Source of the DNA: an uncultured archaeon
GTDB lineage: Archaea; Thermoproteota; Nitrososphaeria; Nitrososphaerales; Gagatemarchaeaceae
NCBI GenBank assembly: GCA_963799775.1
Contig: CAWCYD010000003.1
Span: 1,312,001-1,376,000, forward strand
Length of the DNA: 64,000 nucleotides
Reading direction: 5' to 3'
Under the pieces are notes generated by a model. The model saw only the letters and a list, made by a program, of their open reading frames with translations, had not been told where the DNA came from and made no database searches. The translations under genes were made by a program, and so were the position numbers. Below are positions 32,484 to 41,169 of this stretch, in pieces; the stretch's first letter is position 1; every line of letters begins with the position of its first letter.

Positions 32484-33995
32484 CTAAACCTCTCCCGCCT
32501 TCAGGAGCTTGAGGAGCACGTCCCTGAGTCTGAGCTTCGCGGCGTCCTTGGCGAAGTGATATCTTTCCTCAACCAACGAGGCGAGCCCAGAGACCCAGAC
32601 GACCCCACCGCGTTCGAGCTCCTCCTCGACTATCCCTCGATAGTCTACGGGGGCCTGCGGTTGAGGCTCTTGGGCGATGTCCACTGGTTCGACCGGCCGC
32701 ACCTCCATCTTCGGGAGAGCGTCCATGTCCACACGGAAGACCGGGACAAGACCGGCTTCGCCAACGCGGAACGCGAGGTCCACGAACTCGTACGGCTGAA
32801 GGTGCCTCACGATCCAGGGATAAGCCGGGTCTATCTTTCCCAACGCTTCAAGCTCCTTCGGGACGGTGGTGTGGAAGGCCAATTCCGTTCCGGACTGCCT
32901 GAGGTTGTCGGGTATGTCCGTCTGATTCTGGGTCGCCGTGAGCAGTGTTCCGAGCTGCCTTATCTCCAGCATGATGGTGTCGAGGATCGTCCGCGCGTCA
33001 ATCTGGTAGAGTTGCGTCAGCCGATGAACCTCGTCTATCACGATGGCGATGCCCTGACTGGTCATTGCGCCTTGGAGCGGTGCTACCCGTTGCGTCAAGG
33101 AGTTCCATGTCTGCCTCAAGGCTATCTCTGCGTAGAAGGTCTTCGCGGCCTCGTCAAGGCGTGAGAAGTCCAGAACGACATCCTTGGTGAGGTCCATGTT
33201 GAACGCGCCTTCGCCCACCGCCAGGCTCCCTGTCTGCTGCTGGATCAGGGCGAGCGCCTCCAGTTGAATATCTGTAGCCTTTCTCTCCATCCGTTTGAGG
33301 TTCGCCCTGAATTGGCTCCAGTCGTTGCTTTGACCGGCAACACTCTTGACGATCGCCCTGGCCTGCGAGAGCATGATGCCCCTCAGGTTGGCGGGGAAGG
33401 CGAGAGCGTATGCTGTCGAGAGCGCGTCCGCGTCCTGAAACGGGTTCGGGATGTGCCTTGATACGTCCACCACCGGATAGGGGAGGCGAAGATGCGTGTC
33501 GTTCGGCTTGAACGAGAAGACGATCTTGGGCGCTCTCACCACAGTCAGAAGAAGGGTCTTCGTGAGCTCGCTCTTGCCCATGCCTGAGCGCCCGCAGACC
33601 ATCACCAAGGGGTTGCCCTTGCTTGAGATGTACTCGTCGAAGTTCACGTAACACGGGTCGATTCTCCTCTTCAGGGGAGTGTCTCGCCTCTTCTCGCCGA
33701 CCTTCTCTCTCCTCCTCTCCACTATTGGACGGCCATCCTCGTCCTCTCCCACGTTCGCGTTGTAGTAGTGATAGACAGGCTCGGTCAGCGAGACGTAAGC
33801 GACCTGCCTTATCGGGGTCCTTGCGAAGCGCTTGAGGATCCTGGTCCTCATCACCAGGAACGCTACCACGGCGGCAGGAACGGTCGCAATCAGAACGAGG
33901 GGGAACTTGCGGGTAGCGACCAGCAACACCGTGAAGAATGTCAACAGGGCGATGAGCTTGTACCTGTCCCCTCTGGTGAATGTCGATACGTTCAT
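32484..33995 (-). CDS. Membrane-anchored HerA/FtsK/VirB4-like ATPase
   Basis: Two N-terminal TMs, Walker A GRSGMGKS, Walker B IVIDEVH, EIRQLG..LTATQ; ATG 33995 overlaps the upstream stop (ATGA). Confidence 0.82.
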   Translation of the reverse strand: MNVSTFTRGDRYKLIALLTFFTVLLVATRKFPLVLIATVPAAVVAFLVMRTRILKRFARTPIRQVAYVSLTEPVYHYYNANVGEDEDGRPIVERRREKVGEKRRDTPLKRRIDPCYVNFDEYISSKGNPLVMVCGRSGMGKSELTKTLLLTVVRAPKIVFSFKPNDTHLRLPYPVVDVSRHIPNPFQDADALSTAYALAFPANLRGIMLSQARAIVKSVAGQSNDWSQFRANLKRMERKATDIQLEALALIQQQTGSLAVGEGAFNMDLTKDVVLDFSRLDEAAKTFYAEIALRQTWNSLTQRVAPLQGAMTSQGIAIVIDEVHRLTQLYQIDARTILDTIMLEIRQLGTLLTATQNQTDIPDNLRQSGTELAFHTTVPKELEALGKIDPAYPWIVRHLQPYEFVDLAFRVGEAGLVPVFRVDMDALPKMEVRPVEPVDIAQEPQPQAPVDYRGIVEEELERGGVVWVSGLASLVEERYHFAKDAAKLRLRDVLLKLLKAGEV

Positions 33996-34156
33996 GCGAA
34001 TTCCTCCCTCAGAAGTGCCTGCCACGTCCCGAGCTTCGCCAGGTAGTCCCTAGCGTCCAACGAATCAGGCTCTGACAGCAGCACCTTGCGCAGAATCGAA
34101 TCATTCGGCAGAATTCTCGCCGCCAGCCTCTTCAGTGAGCGAATGTCCACGATCAT
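33992..34156 (-). CDS. Small hypothetical protein, 54 aa
   Basis: MIVDIRSLKRLAARILPNDSILRKVLLSEPDSLDARDYLAKLGTWQALLREEFA; GGAGGAGG upstream; translationally coupled to the ATPase. Confidence 0.75.
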   Translation of the reverse strand: MIVDIRSLKRLAARILPNDSILRKVLLSEPDSLDARDYLAKLGTWQALLREEFA

Positions 34157-34300
34157 TCTCGTCCTCCTCCAATGGAATGATGGGAAGGCCTCCGCTCAAA
34201 TCATTCGGCCGAGAATTTCGTCAAGCCAAGGGATGACGAGGTCAAAACGAACCCGAAAAAGTGTTAATTCGAAGGGTAGAGGCGTCAATTTCGAAGCCGC

Positions 34301-35134
34301 GTGGGTTCACTGGCCGATGAGCTGAGTGAGGGGGTGAAGGAGGGTCGGATCAGAAGGAGCGAGATAGGCGCGTACATGAGAGGCAAGGGATTCCAGGACT
34401 CTGCGACAAGCAGGGCGCTCGGGGCGGCCGTCAAGAAGTGGGGTTCGCTCGCGAAGGTCGAACTCGCGTCAGGTCACGACTTGGACTCGACCGATGAGGC
34501 CTACGTGCCATGCGGCGGCGGCCACGCAGCCCTTGGTGAGCTCCTGAGAAGACCCGCGACCGACAGGTTCGCCTTCAGACTTGGTTCCTCGTTCCGCGGA
34601 GTAAGCAGATACACCGAATCTCCGATTCCTCTCTACGTCGACGTGGTCGCGAACGAATCTTCAACGAACTGCAAGGCGAAGGTCAGTGCGATTCCATCTG
34701 GGAACAGAGAGGCGCAGATCTACTGGCAGCCACAGGATGCATTCTCCTTGGACTTGAACCAGGGCGAGACTGCGAGGGCAGAGTTGTTTCAGGTGGACAA
34801 CCCGGGACGAAGGGCGATAGCGAACTATCAGAGCGCGCTCGCAGGCGAGACAGACTCCAGGGCAATCGGGCACATCGAAATGAGGCTGAAGCAGACGTAC
34901 GAAAGGGCGGCAAGGCAGAAACCGGTGATCTACGTGCGGACACCGGACGTCGAGGGAAAGAGGATAAACGTCAGTGACACCGTCAACGTCCTAGTTCTCA
35001 CCGTCTATTCCACGGGCGGGTTGAGCTACGCGCCGTTCCTGGTCCTGAGAAGGAACCTCGAAGAGAGCCAGGCACTGCCGATTCTGAGGTACGAATCGAG
35101 GCGCGCTCAATGGCCTGCAAGGACGCAAGGATAG
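34301..35134 (+). CDS. Hypothetical protein of the element
   Basis: 277-aa ORF, divergent from the ATPase operon; no motif recognised. Confidence 0.55.
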   Translation: MGSLADELSEGVKEGRIRRSEIGAYMRGKGFQDSATSRALGAAVKKWGSLAKVELASGHDLDSTDEAYVPCGGGHAALGELLRRPATDRFAFRLGSSFRGVSRYTESPIPLYVDVVANESSTNCKAKVSAIPSGNREAQIYWQPQDAFSLDLNQGETARAELFQVDNPGRRAIANYQSALAGETDSRAIGHIEMRLKQTYERAARQKPVIYVRTPDVEGKRINVSDTVNVLVLTVYSTGGLSYAPFLVLRRNLEESQALPILRYESRRAQWPARTQG

Positions 35135-35182
35135 GGCTTCTGCTGCAACGCGCTTGGTTGATGGATGACGTTCAGGGCCGAG

Positions 35183-35653
35183 TCAAGCTTTGGGCCAGCT
35201 GTGAACTCCGCTGACCAGGGCGAGGAGGAGGAAGGCGTTGAACACGTAGAACCATGGGCCAAAGACCCACGTAGGAATCACGAAGTCTATCACGAGGAGG
35301 CCGAAGAGGATCACTAGCATCGACTCGATGATGCCGGTCTGCTCCACCGACTTGGACGCCTCATACTCGCGCTTCATCTCGCGCGCAGACACTTCGCGCT
35401 CGACGTAGTATTGGAAGACCTCCTTAGGGTCGTCGTACTTGTCGGGGCCCAGGGCGTCGTAGAGAGTTCTCTTCTCGCCATCTGACAGGACGAGATAGGC
35501 CTGAGAGACCTCCTTGAACTTCTCCTCCGCGTCGGGAGACTTGTTCCTGTCGGGGTGATACCTGATGGCCAGCCTCCTGTAGGCTTCCTTAATCGTTTCT
35601 CTCGATGCCGTCTTGGCGACGCCGAGAACATCGTAAAAGTCGTGCCTCTGCAT
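35183..35653 (-). CDS. J-domain (DnaJ-like) protein with C-terminal TM helices
   Basis: DFYDVLGV...[17 protein letters not shown]...FKEVSQAY; hydrophobic C-terminus. Confidence 0.9.
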   Translation of the reverse strand: MQRHDFYDVLGVAKTASRETIKEAYRRLAIRYHPDRNKSPDAEEKFKEVSQAYLVLSDGEKRTLYDALGPDKYDDPKEVFQYYVEREVSAREMKREYEASKSVEQTGIIESMLVILFGLLVIDFVIPTWVFGPWFYVFNAFLLLALVSGVHSWPKA

Positions 35654-35664
35654 GCCTTTCGCCC

Positions 35665-36954
35665 TCAGAACGGCACCCTGACTATCGCCCCGCCGTCAGG
35701 AAGCGACGCCACGTACTCGTATCCCTGGCCGATGAAGGACCTGACCTCTTGGATTGGAATCACCTTCTGCCTTGAGCCGTTGCCCGTCATCATGCCGACC
35801 AGCCTCTGTCTCACAGCGTTCTGGAGCTCCTCGTCGCTCATCTCTTCGAGGCTCATCTTCTCGACCTCCTCTTTCTTGAAGCCCGCGACAACGAGAAACT
35901 GCTCCCTCATTGTCTTCTTGATTTGCTCCTCGCTGGCTGACTCCGCCTTTGTTGAAAGGAGGGGCTCGCACTTCGCGTAAACTGCCCTCATCTCCTCTAT
36001 CATCGTAGGCAGGAGCCTGCCCTTGTTGGTCGAATACCTGGCCTCGATGTCCCCCTTGTGCCCCATCAGGAACTGGAGGTATGGGTGAGAAATCAAGCCC
36101 TTGGACTCCGCCACTATCATGTTGGTGTCGCAATAGGCCCTCAGGACGTAGGGCCTCCAAGTGAATCCCGCTTTGGTTATCGCCTCCTTGATGTCCCGGG
36201 TGACCAGGATGGTTCTCAGGAAGGCGTTCTTCCTTACGCCTCTCGGGTCGAACGCGAGCAGAGGGCTTTGAGGGGTCAGCTTCTCGCCGGATTTGGTCCT
36301 TTCCTGAATGTACTCCTGAATGTAGGTTATGGCCTCGGCCCCCACGAACGTAAAGTATGGATGCCTTGCCTTGCTAAGCGTTCTCCTGACGAGCAGGATC
36401 GCCCGAACCTTCTCGAACTCGACGCTGCCGCCCGATACCTTCGCCTCCGCAAAGTCAGCGAGCCTGATGCCGTCCGTTCCAAGGTAGTCGCCAAGACTCT
36501 CCGGCCTCAGACCGCTGAACGCCATCATGGCGATTGAGACTCTGCCTCTCGGCGATGCCATCCTGAGAATCCTCGAAAGCTCGTTCTTGCTCGGGATTCT
36601 TTCGTTGGCGATTGTCGGTGTCTCGGAGGTGCCCTTGATGTTGACCTTGAGCTTGACGCCGAGGTTGTTGTAGTAACTCCAGGAGAGGACGACCTTCTTG
36701 AAGCGCTCGATGTAGGAGCCCGCTTTCCCGTCTTTCTCCATCTTCCCGATAAAGTCTGTGAACTCGTCGCGGAATCTCTTGGACTTGGCCTCAGCGAGTA
36801 TCTTCTTCGGGGTCGTCCCTTCCAGGGCGCAGTAGAGTCCCATCGTTCGAAGATAGACTGTGGCGGTTATGATCGACTTGGCTTCGAGGTTCTCAAACCA
36901 CCTGCGGACGTCCTGGTCGTCCAGAAGGTGCTTGTACTTGCTCCCGGCGGGCAT
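35665..36954 (-). CDS. Tyrosine recombinase/integrase
   Basis: AFSGLRPES (R), LSKAR (K), [17 protein letters not shown] (H, Y); starts about 50 bp from the tRNA 3' end. Confidence 0.93.
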   Translation of the reverse strand: MPAGSKYKHLLDDQDVRRWFENLEAKSIITATVYLRTMGLYCALEGTTPKKILAEAKSKRFRDEFTDFIGKMEKDGKAGSYIERFKKVVLSWSYYNNLGVKLKVNIKGTSETPTIANERIPSKNELSRILRMASPRGRVSIAMMAFSGLRPESLGDYLGTDGIRLADFAEAKVSGGSVEFEKVRAILLVRRTLSKARHPYFTFVGAEAITYIQEYIQERTKSGEKLTPQSPLLAFDPRGVRKNAFLRTILVTRDIKEAITKAGFTWRPYVLRAYCDTNMIVAESKGLISHPYLQFLMGHKGDIEARYSTNKGRLLPTMIEEMRAVYAKCEPLLSTKAESASEEQIKKTMREQFLVVAGFKKEEVEKMSLEEMSDEELQNAVRQRLVGMMTGNGSRQKVIPIQEVRSFIGQGYEYVASLPDGGAIVRVPF

Positions 36955-37006
36955 GTCTCCCCTTGGGAACTCGGTTTCTAATAAGGGATTCTCTTAAGAG
37001 TTTAAG

Positions 37007-37106
37007 TGGGCCGGAAGGGATTCGAACCCTTGACCTCTCGATTATCAGTCGAGTGCTCTAGCCAAGCTACCCGTCGGGATAATCCACGACTCTGAGCTAC
37101 CGGCCC
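37007..37106 (-). tRNA. tRNA-Ile(GAT) with a 25-nt D-loop intron (37067..37091)
   Basis: GGGCCGG/CCGGCCC acceptor stem, CTCGA-CTGATAA-TCGAG anticodon arm, AAGGG-TTCGAAT-CCCTT T-arm; removing the insert restores a normal D-loop. Confidence 0.92.
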
Positions 37107-37194
37107 ACCGTTCCTCAGGTGCAAGACTAACTCTCTATAAGCGTAAACATCTGAATTTCGCAGGCGGGCGGCAGAGCGAACCGGGGTGGTCCGA

Positions 37195-37617
37195 CTAGAG
37201 GCCCAGGAGGCCGTCCAAGGAGAGCGCGCCAGCTCCAAGAACGACCAGCACCAAGGCGACCATTGCGAAGAAAACCTCCACCTCAAAGTTGGGCTTGCCG
37301 TATCCGACGTAGACCGCGTTCTGCTTGGTCTTCTTCATGGCAATGATGTTGGCGAAGTAAATCGCCTCTATCGCGCCCACGACGGGAACTATGAAACCGA
37401 TGACGAGGAAGACGCCTCCGAAGAACTCGATGACCATCCCTAGGAAGACCGCGGCTGCTGGGACTCCCATGGCCGCGAAATTCTTTACCGACTGCTCCCG
37501 GTTCTGTTTGTTGAGCTTCGGGCGCCCGTGAATCATCAGGGTGGCCCCCAGCCAGACTCGCAAGACGAGCGCCAGGTAGGGTGTGTAGGGCATCAGGACC
37601 TCGAGGAGCTGCGCCAC
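37195..37617 (-). CDS. DoxX family membrane protein
   Basis: LRVWLG..LMIHG..KL, IEFFGG, GAGALSLD. Confidence 0.88.
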   Translation of the reverse strand: MAQLLEVLMPYTPYLALVLRVWLGATLMIHGRPKLNKQNREQSVKNFAAMGVPAAAVFLGMVIEFFGGVFLVIGFIVPVVGAIEAIYFANIIAMKKTKQNAVYVGYGKPNFEVEVFFAMVALVLVVLGAGALSLDGLLGL

Positions 37618-37723
37618 AAGCGTCTTCGAGAGCAGGTGCTACTTAACGAGAGCGGGGTGGGCGAAGAGAGGAGAAGCGGAGCTGGGAAAGGATAAGAAGA
37701 ATCTGGCGGAGCCACGCCTCGAC

Positions 37724-37798
37724 GGGCCGGTAGTTCAGCGGTAGAACGCTCGCCTTGCACGCGAGAGGTCAAGGGTTCAAATCCCTTCCGGTCCACCA
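37724..37798 (+). tRNA. tRNA-Ala(TGC), CCA encoded
   Basis: Cloverleaf with CTCGC-CTTGCAC-GCGAG and a G3:U70 pair. Confidence 0.96.
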
Positions 37799-38392
37799 TC
37801 AGTCACACACCGGAGTTTGCTCCGCTTGACCAATCACCGAAGATTCGCTAGCACTTATTAGGAGACGAAGTTCTTCTCTCTTAGAGCTTGGCTTCTGATC
37901 ACAAAGGAAAAGAGCCAGTCGAACAGAAGAAAGGGCACAATCACCCCATCAAGGAGAAGTGCGGTCCTCACTGCCCTCGCAACGAGAACTACAAGGGGCC
38001 TGTGAAGAAGATGGGCTTCCTATTTCGAAGGAAGCAATGAGAGAAGGCCGCCTACGAATTGTGGTTGGAGTCAATCCTAGCAGACAGGAAGCCCTAGACT
38101 TACTGCCTCGCGAATCCTCTCCTACCGAGTCCCGCTTCGCGCTTGTGATTGGGAGCCTCACGCAGGAAGAGTTGGCTGAGGCTCTTGCAGCCGCAAGTTG
38201 TGCCTAAACAGCTCTTCGACGGAGTTGAAACTTACGTCACAGGCGTCGCATCGGAACCGGCTCATTTGTTCGGCCATCGCATCATTTGTTGCACCCGGCG
38301 ATTTGATATAGAAAATGCTTGAAGTCACCAGAAGAATCTTCGAGGCGTCGGCGCCATCCGCTTATATTGCGGCCAAGGCCCGAGGACAAGAC

Positions 38393-38839
38393 ATGAGCGC
38401 CCAGAAAGGAGCCCGGTTGGTTCCTCAGCCGGAGAACACAAAGCCCGAGGAGGTCATGCACATCTCTTCGTTCGTCCTCGTAAAAAAGGGGAAGCAGATC
38501 TTGCTGACGAGACGTGTCAAGCCGGAGCAGATGGCCGGGAGCTGGAACCTACCCAGCGCCGTGATAAACTGGGGAGAGGAACCGGGAGCGGCCGCCCTGA
38601 GGATAGTCAAGGACCAGGTAGGCCTGATGCCGACTTCGTTGAAGCTTCTCGATGTCCAGTCGTTCGGCGACAAGCACTGGGACATGTGCTTCCTCTTCGA
38701 GGCGGAGGCCCCTGGCGCGCCGAAGCTCGCGCCGGAGTTTGACAAGGCGGAATACTTCGATATCACGAAGCTGCCCCCCGAACTGAGGGAGGGCCACAGG
38801 GAAGTCCTTGACATGGCGAAGTCAAGGAAGGTCATCTAG
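38393..38839 (+). CDS. NUDIX-fold protein (degenerate Nudix box)
   Basis: ILLTRR...GSWNLPS...GEEPGAAALRIVKDQVGL. Confidence 0.75.
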   Translation: MSAQKGARLVPQPENTKPEEVMHISSFVLVKKGKQILLTRRVKPEQMAGSWNLPSAVINWGEEPGAAALRIVKDQVGLMPTSLKLLDVQSFGDKHWDMCFLFEAEAPGAPKLAPEFDKAEYFDITKLPPELREGHREVLDMAKSRKVI

Positions 38840-39676
38840 ACGACCTACAAACCTCTGGGGAACAGCTCAAGGGTCTCCGAGGTAGGGATGGGGACGTATT
38901 ACGACCCCCAGTGGCTCGCGACCGCGAAGGCGTTCGGATGGAAGAGAGGGGCCTCGTCGAAGGTTGAGGCATTGAAGGCGGGGCTGGAGGGAGGCATGAA
39001 CCTCATCGACACGGCGGAGCTCTATGGGTCGGAGCCCCTAGTCGCCGAGGCCATCAGAGGCAGGAAGAGGGACGAGCTCTTAATAGCGACGAAGGTCTGG
39101 CCGAGCCACCTGAGAAGGGACGCGCTCGTCAATGCTTTGGAGAAGAGCCTGAAACGGTTGGAGACCTCTTATGTAGACCTGTATATGGCTCACTTCCCCA
39201 ACCCCAAGGTGCCGATCGCCGAGACGATGGCGGCGATGGAGGAGATGAAGGACAAGGGCAAGACCCTCTCCATCGGGGTGAGCAACTTCTCTCTCCAGCA
39301 GACGAAGGATGCAAGCGCTGCGCTCAAGAAATCTCAGCTCGCCTCGAACGAGGTCGAGTATTCCCTCGCCCACAGGGAGATTGAGGGCGACCTGCTCCCC
39401 TACTGCGAGGCAAACAAGATCGCGATACTCGCCTACTATCCCCTCGGGCACGGAAAGCTCGCGGGAGGTGGCGCTCAGGAGAAGATGGAGGAGGTTTGCA
39501 AGGCCTACTCCAAGACGCCCGCACAGGTGGCGCTGAACTGGCTCGTCACGGGCAGGGACGTCTTCGCCATCCCACGGGCATCAAGGAAGGAGCACGTGAT
39601 GGAGAACCTGGGGGCGAGCGGCTGGGAGCTCAAGCCCGAAGACAGGTCCAAGCTCGAAGCTGCTTTCCCAAGGTAG
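38840..39676 (+). CDS. Aldo/keto reductase (start uncertain)
   Basis: KPLG...VSEVGMGT, IDTAELYG, IATKV, IGVSNF, YYPLG, AQVALNW, IPRAS. Confidence 0.92.
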   Translation, partial: TTYKPLGNSSRVSEVGMGTYYDPQWLATAKAFGWKRGASSKVEALKAGLEGGMNLIDTAELYGSEPLVAEAIRGRKRDELLIATKVWPSHLRRDALVNALEKSLKRLETSYVDLYMAHFPNPKVPIAETMAAMEEMKDKGKTLSIGVSNFSLQQTKDASAALKKSQLASNEVEYSLAHREIEGDLLPYCEANKIAILAYYPLGHGKLAGGGAQEKMEEVCKAYSKTPAQVALNWLVTGRDVFAIPRASRKEHVMENLGASGWELKPEDRSKLEAAFPR

Positions 39677-39700
39677 GGTTCTCGGAAAAAGGAAAGGAAT

Positions 39701-39720
39701 GGTGTAGCTCGCGCTACACC
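39701..39720. terminator. Hairpin between convergent genes
   Basis: GGTGTAGC-TCGC-GCTACACC, 8-bp perfect stem. Confidence 0.35.
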
Positions 39721-39869
39721 GACTTCATCATTTTCTTCATCTGATCGTCGGACATTTTCATCCCAGGGTGAGCATCCATCATGTGCATCTTCGCGTGCTT
39801 CATGAGGTCGCCCTCTCCCATAGGGGTGATCATTGTCCAGCCACATTCGCAGGACATCATCTTGGCCAT
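39714..39869 (-). CDS. Small Met-rich putative metal-binding protein (DUF1059-like), 51 aa
   Basis: MAKMMSCECGWTMITPMGEGDLMKHAKMHMMDAHPGMKMSDDQMKKMMKSV; CxC...H-x4-H; not in the ORF track. Confidence 0.8.
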   Translation of the reverse strand: MAKMMSCECGWTMITPMGEGDLMKHAKMHMMDAHPGMKMSDDQMKKMMKSV

Positions 39870-39966
39870 AGGGGAATTTTCTATTCGCTACGGTAATAAG
39901 CATTTTCCCAAATGTTCTACAATTCGCCTCTAAACGTTTAATCCCTCGACGAGCGGCGAGGGTTCG

Positions 39967-40425
39967 ATGGAAGCCCACGTCGACTCTATTATGACAAAGA
40001 GCCCCGAGCCCGTCGACCTCGACCTCACGGTAATGAAGGCGGCGGGGATAATGGCCAACCGCGCCGAACGCTGTCTTGTAGTGGTCAACGGCGACTTCAT
40101 CGTCGGGATCGTGACGGCATCGGACATGATCGAGAAGGTGATAGCGGCCGGAGCGAACCCTTCGGAGGTCTACGTCAGGGACATCATGGCCACGCCCGTC
40201 GTCACGGTCAACTCGAACGCGACCATCCAGGAGGCGGCGGAGCTGATGAGCGACTATGGAGTCGCCAAACTCCCCGTCGTCGACGACTCGGGCGCACTCG
40301 TCGGGATAGTGACATCGCTAGAGCTCTCGCGCTGGCTGGCGAAGCAGCACGACTTTCAGGACCCGGCCCTCAACGCCTTGGCGAGGATGAAGAAGGAAGC
40401 GGGCGGGACCAGTCCTTACCGCTGA
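39967..40425 (+). CDS. CBS-domain protein
   Basis: Tandem CBS pair: VGIVTASD, VRDIMATPVVTV, LPVVDD.GALVGIVT. Confidence 0.92.
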   Translation: MEAHVDSIMTKSPEPVDLDLTVMKAAGIMANRAERCLVVVNGDFIVGIVTASDMIEKVIAAGANPSEVYVRDIMATPVVTVNSNATIQEAAELMSDYGVAKLPVVDDSGALVGIVTSLELSRWLAKQHDFQDPALNALARMKKEAGGTSPYR

Positions 40426-40437
40426 GCGCGCGGGCGC

Positions 40438-41025
40438 TCAGTCGACCTTTATCCTGACGCCTGAGGCCTTGCCCTTGGGCCTGGGAAGCGTGACCTCGAG
40501 GATCCCGTTGTTGAAGGTGGACTTGGCGTTCTGGAGCTCTACAGCGACGGGCAGCTCGAGTTCCTTGTGATACTTTCTGGCTGAGGTCTCCGCAGAGATC
40601 ACCAGGGTCTTCCCCTCGCCTGTGAGGTTGATGTCTTGCTTGCGGGCTCCCGGCAGCTCCGCTATCACCCTGACCTCCTTGTCCCCCTCGACGACGTCCA
40701 CGAGCGGCTCCCGCGAGTCGGTGATGGCCTCCTTCCACTCCTTGGTGGGGCCCCGCTTGATGTTCCCGAACTCCCGGATGACGGGCTTGCCGTCGGGGCC
40801 CACGGTGACAGAGTAACCGTAGACTATGGGGCCGATCTCCTTCGAGACGCTCCCGTCTTCGGCCCTCTTCTCCCTCACAAGCTCCTTCGGGAGCTCTCTC
40901 TCGATGTCAAGGTTCAAGAAATCCTTCTCCATCTCCTTCATCATCTCCTCCACGTCGGCGTACGACCACGGCCCGAAGGGCATGGCCTTTCCCCACCTCT
41001 TGAACCATTTGTCTTCAGACGACAT
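40438..41025 (-). CDS. hsp20: Archaeal small heat shock protein Hsp20
   Basis: GPIVYGYSVTVGPDGKPVIREFGN, REPLVDV, AELPG, FNNGILEV. Confidence 0.93.
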   Translation of the reverse strand: MSSEDKWFKRWGKAMPFGPWSYADVEEMMKEMEKDFLNLDIERELPKELVREKRAEDGSVSKEIGPIVYGYSVTVGPDGKPVIREFGNIKRGPTKEWKEAITDSREPLVDVVEGDKEVRVIAELPGARKQDINLTGEGKTLVISAETSARKYHKELELPVAVELQNAKSTFNNGILEVTLPRPKGKASGVRIKVD

Positions 41026-41169
41026 GCTCTAGCTACCCTGGACTCGCCGCGCGGATTTTCTTTAAGCTTTTGGAACGCCGGCCTTCGCGGGACCAGAGAA
41101 ACGCTCTGGAGCCGCCAAAGGTTTTTACGCATCCGGACGCGCGCGAAAGATTCTCAGGCGTTCAAGGCA

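Larger units (their letters stand above)
30047..37021. mobile_element. Integrative element inserted in the tRNA-Ile(GAT) 3' end
   Basis: 18-bp direct repeat AAGTGGGCCGGAAGGGAT at 30047..30064 and 37004..37021; tyrosine integrase next to the tRNA; low-GC cargo. Confidence 0.9.

Noticed and set aside
32484-38839. Genome-wide TAG recoding (pyrrolysine)
   Set aside because: Many genes end at TAG at their expected C-termini (ppcA, htpX, integrase-independent core genes) and no pyl genes are in the window.
40636-41169. Long N-terminal extension of HtpX; likewise the 61194..62558 and 4849..6462 extensions
   Set aside because: They overlap real neighbouring genes and are shadow frames of high-GC sequence.
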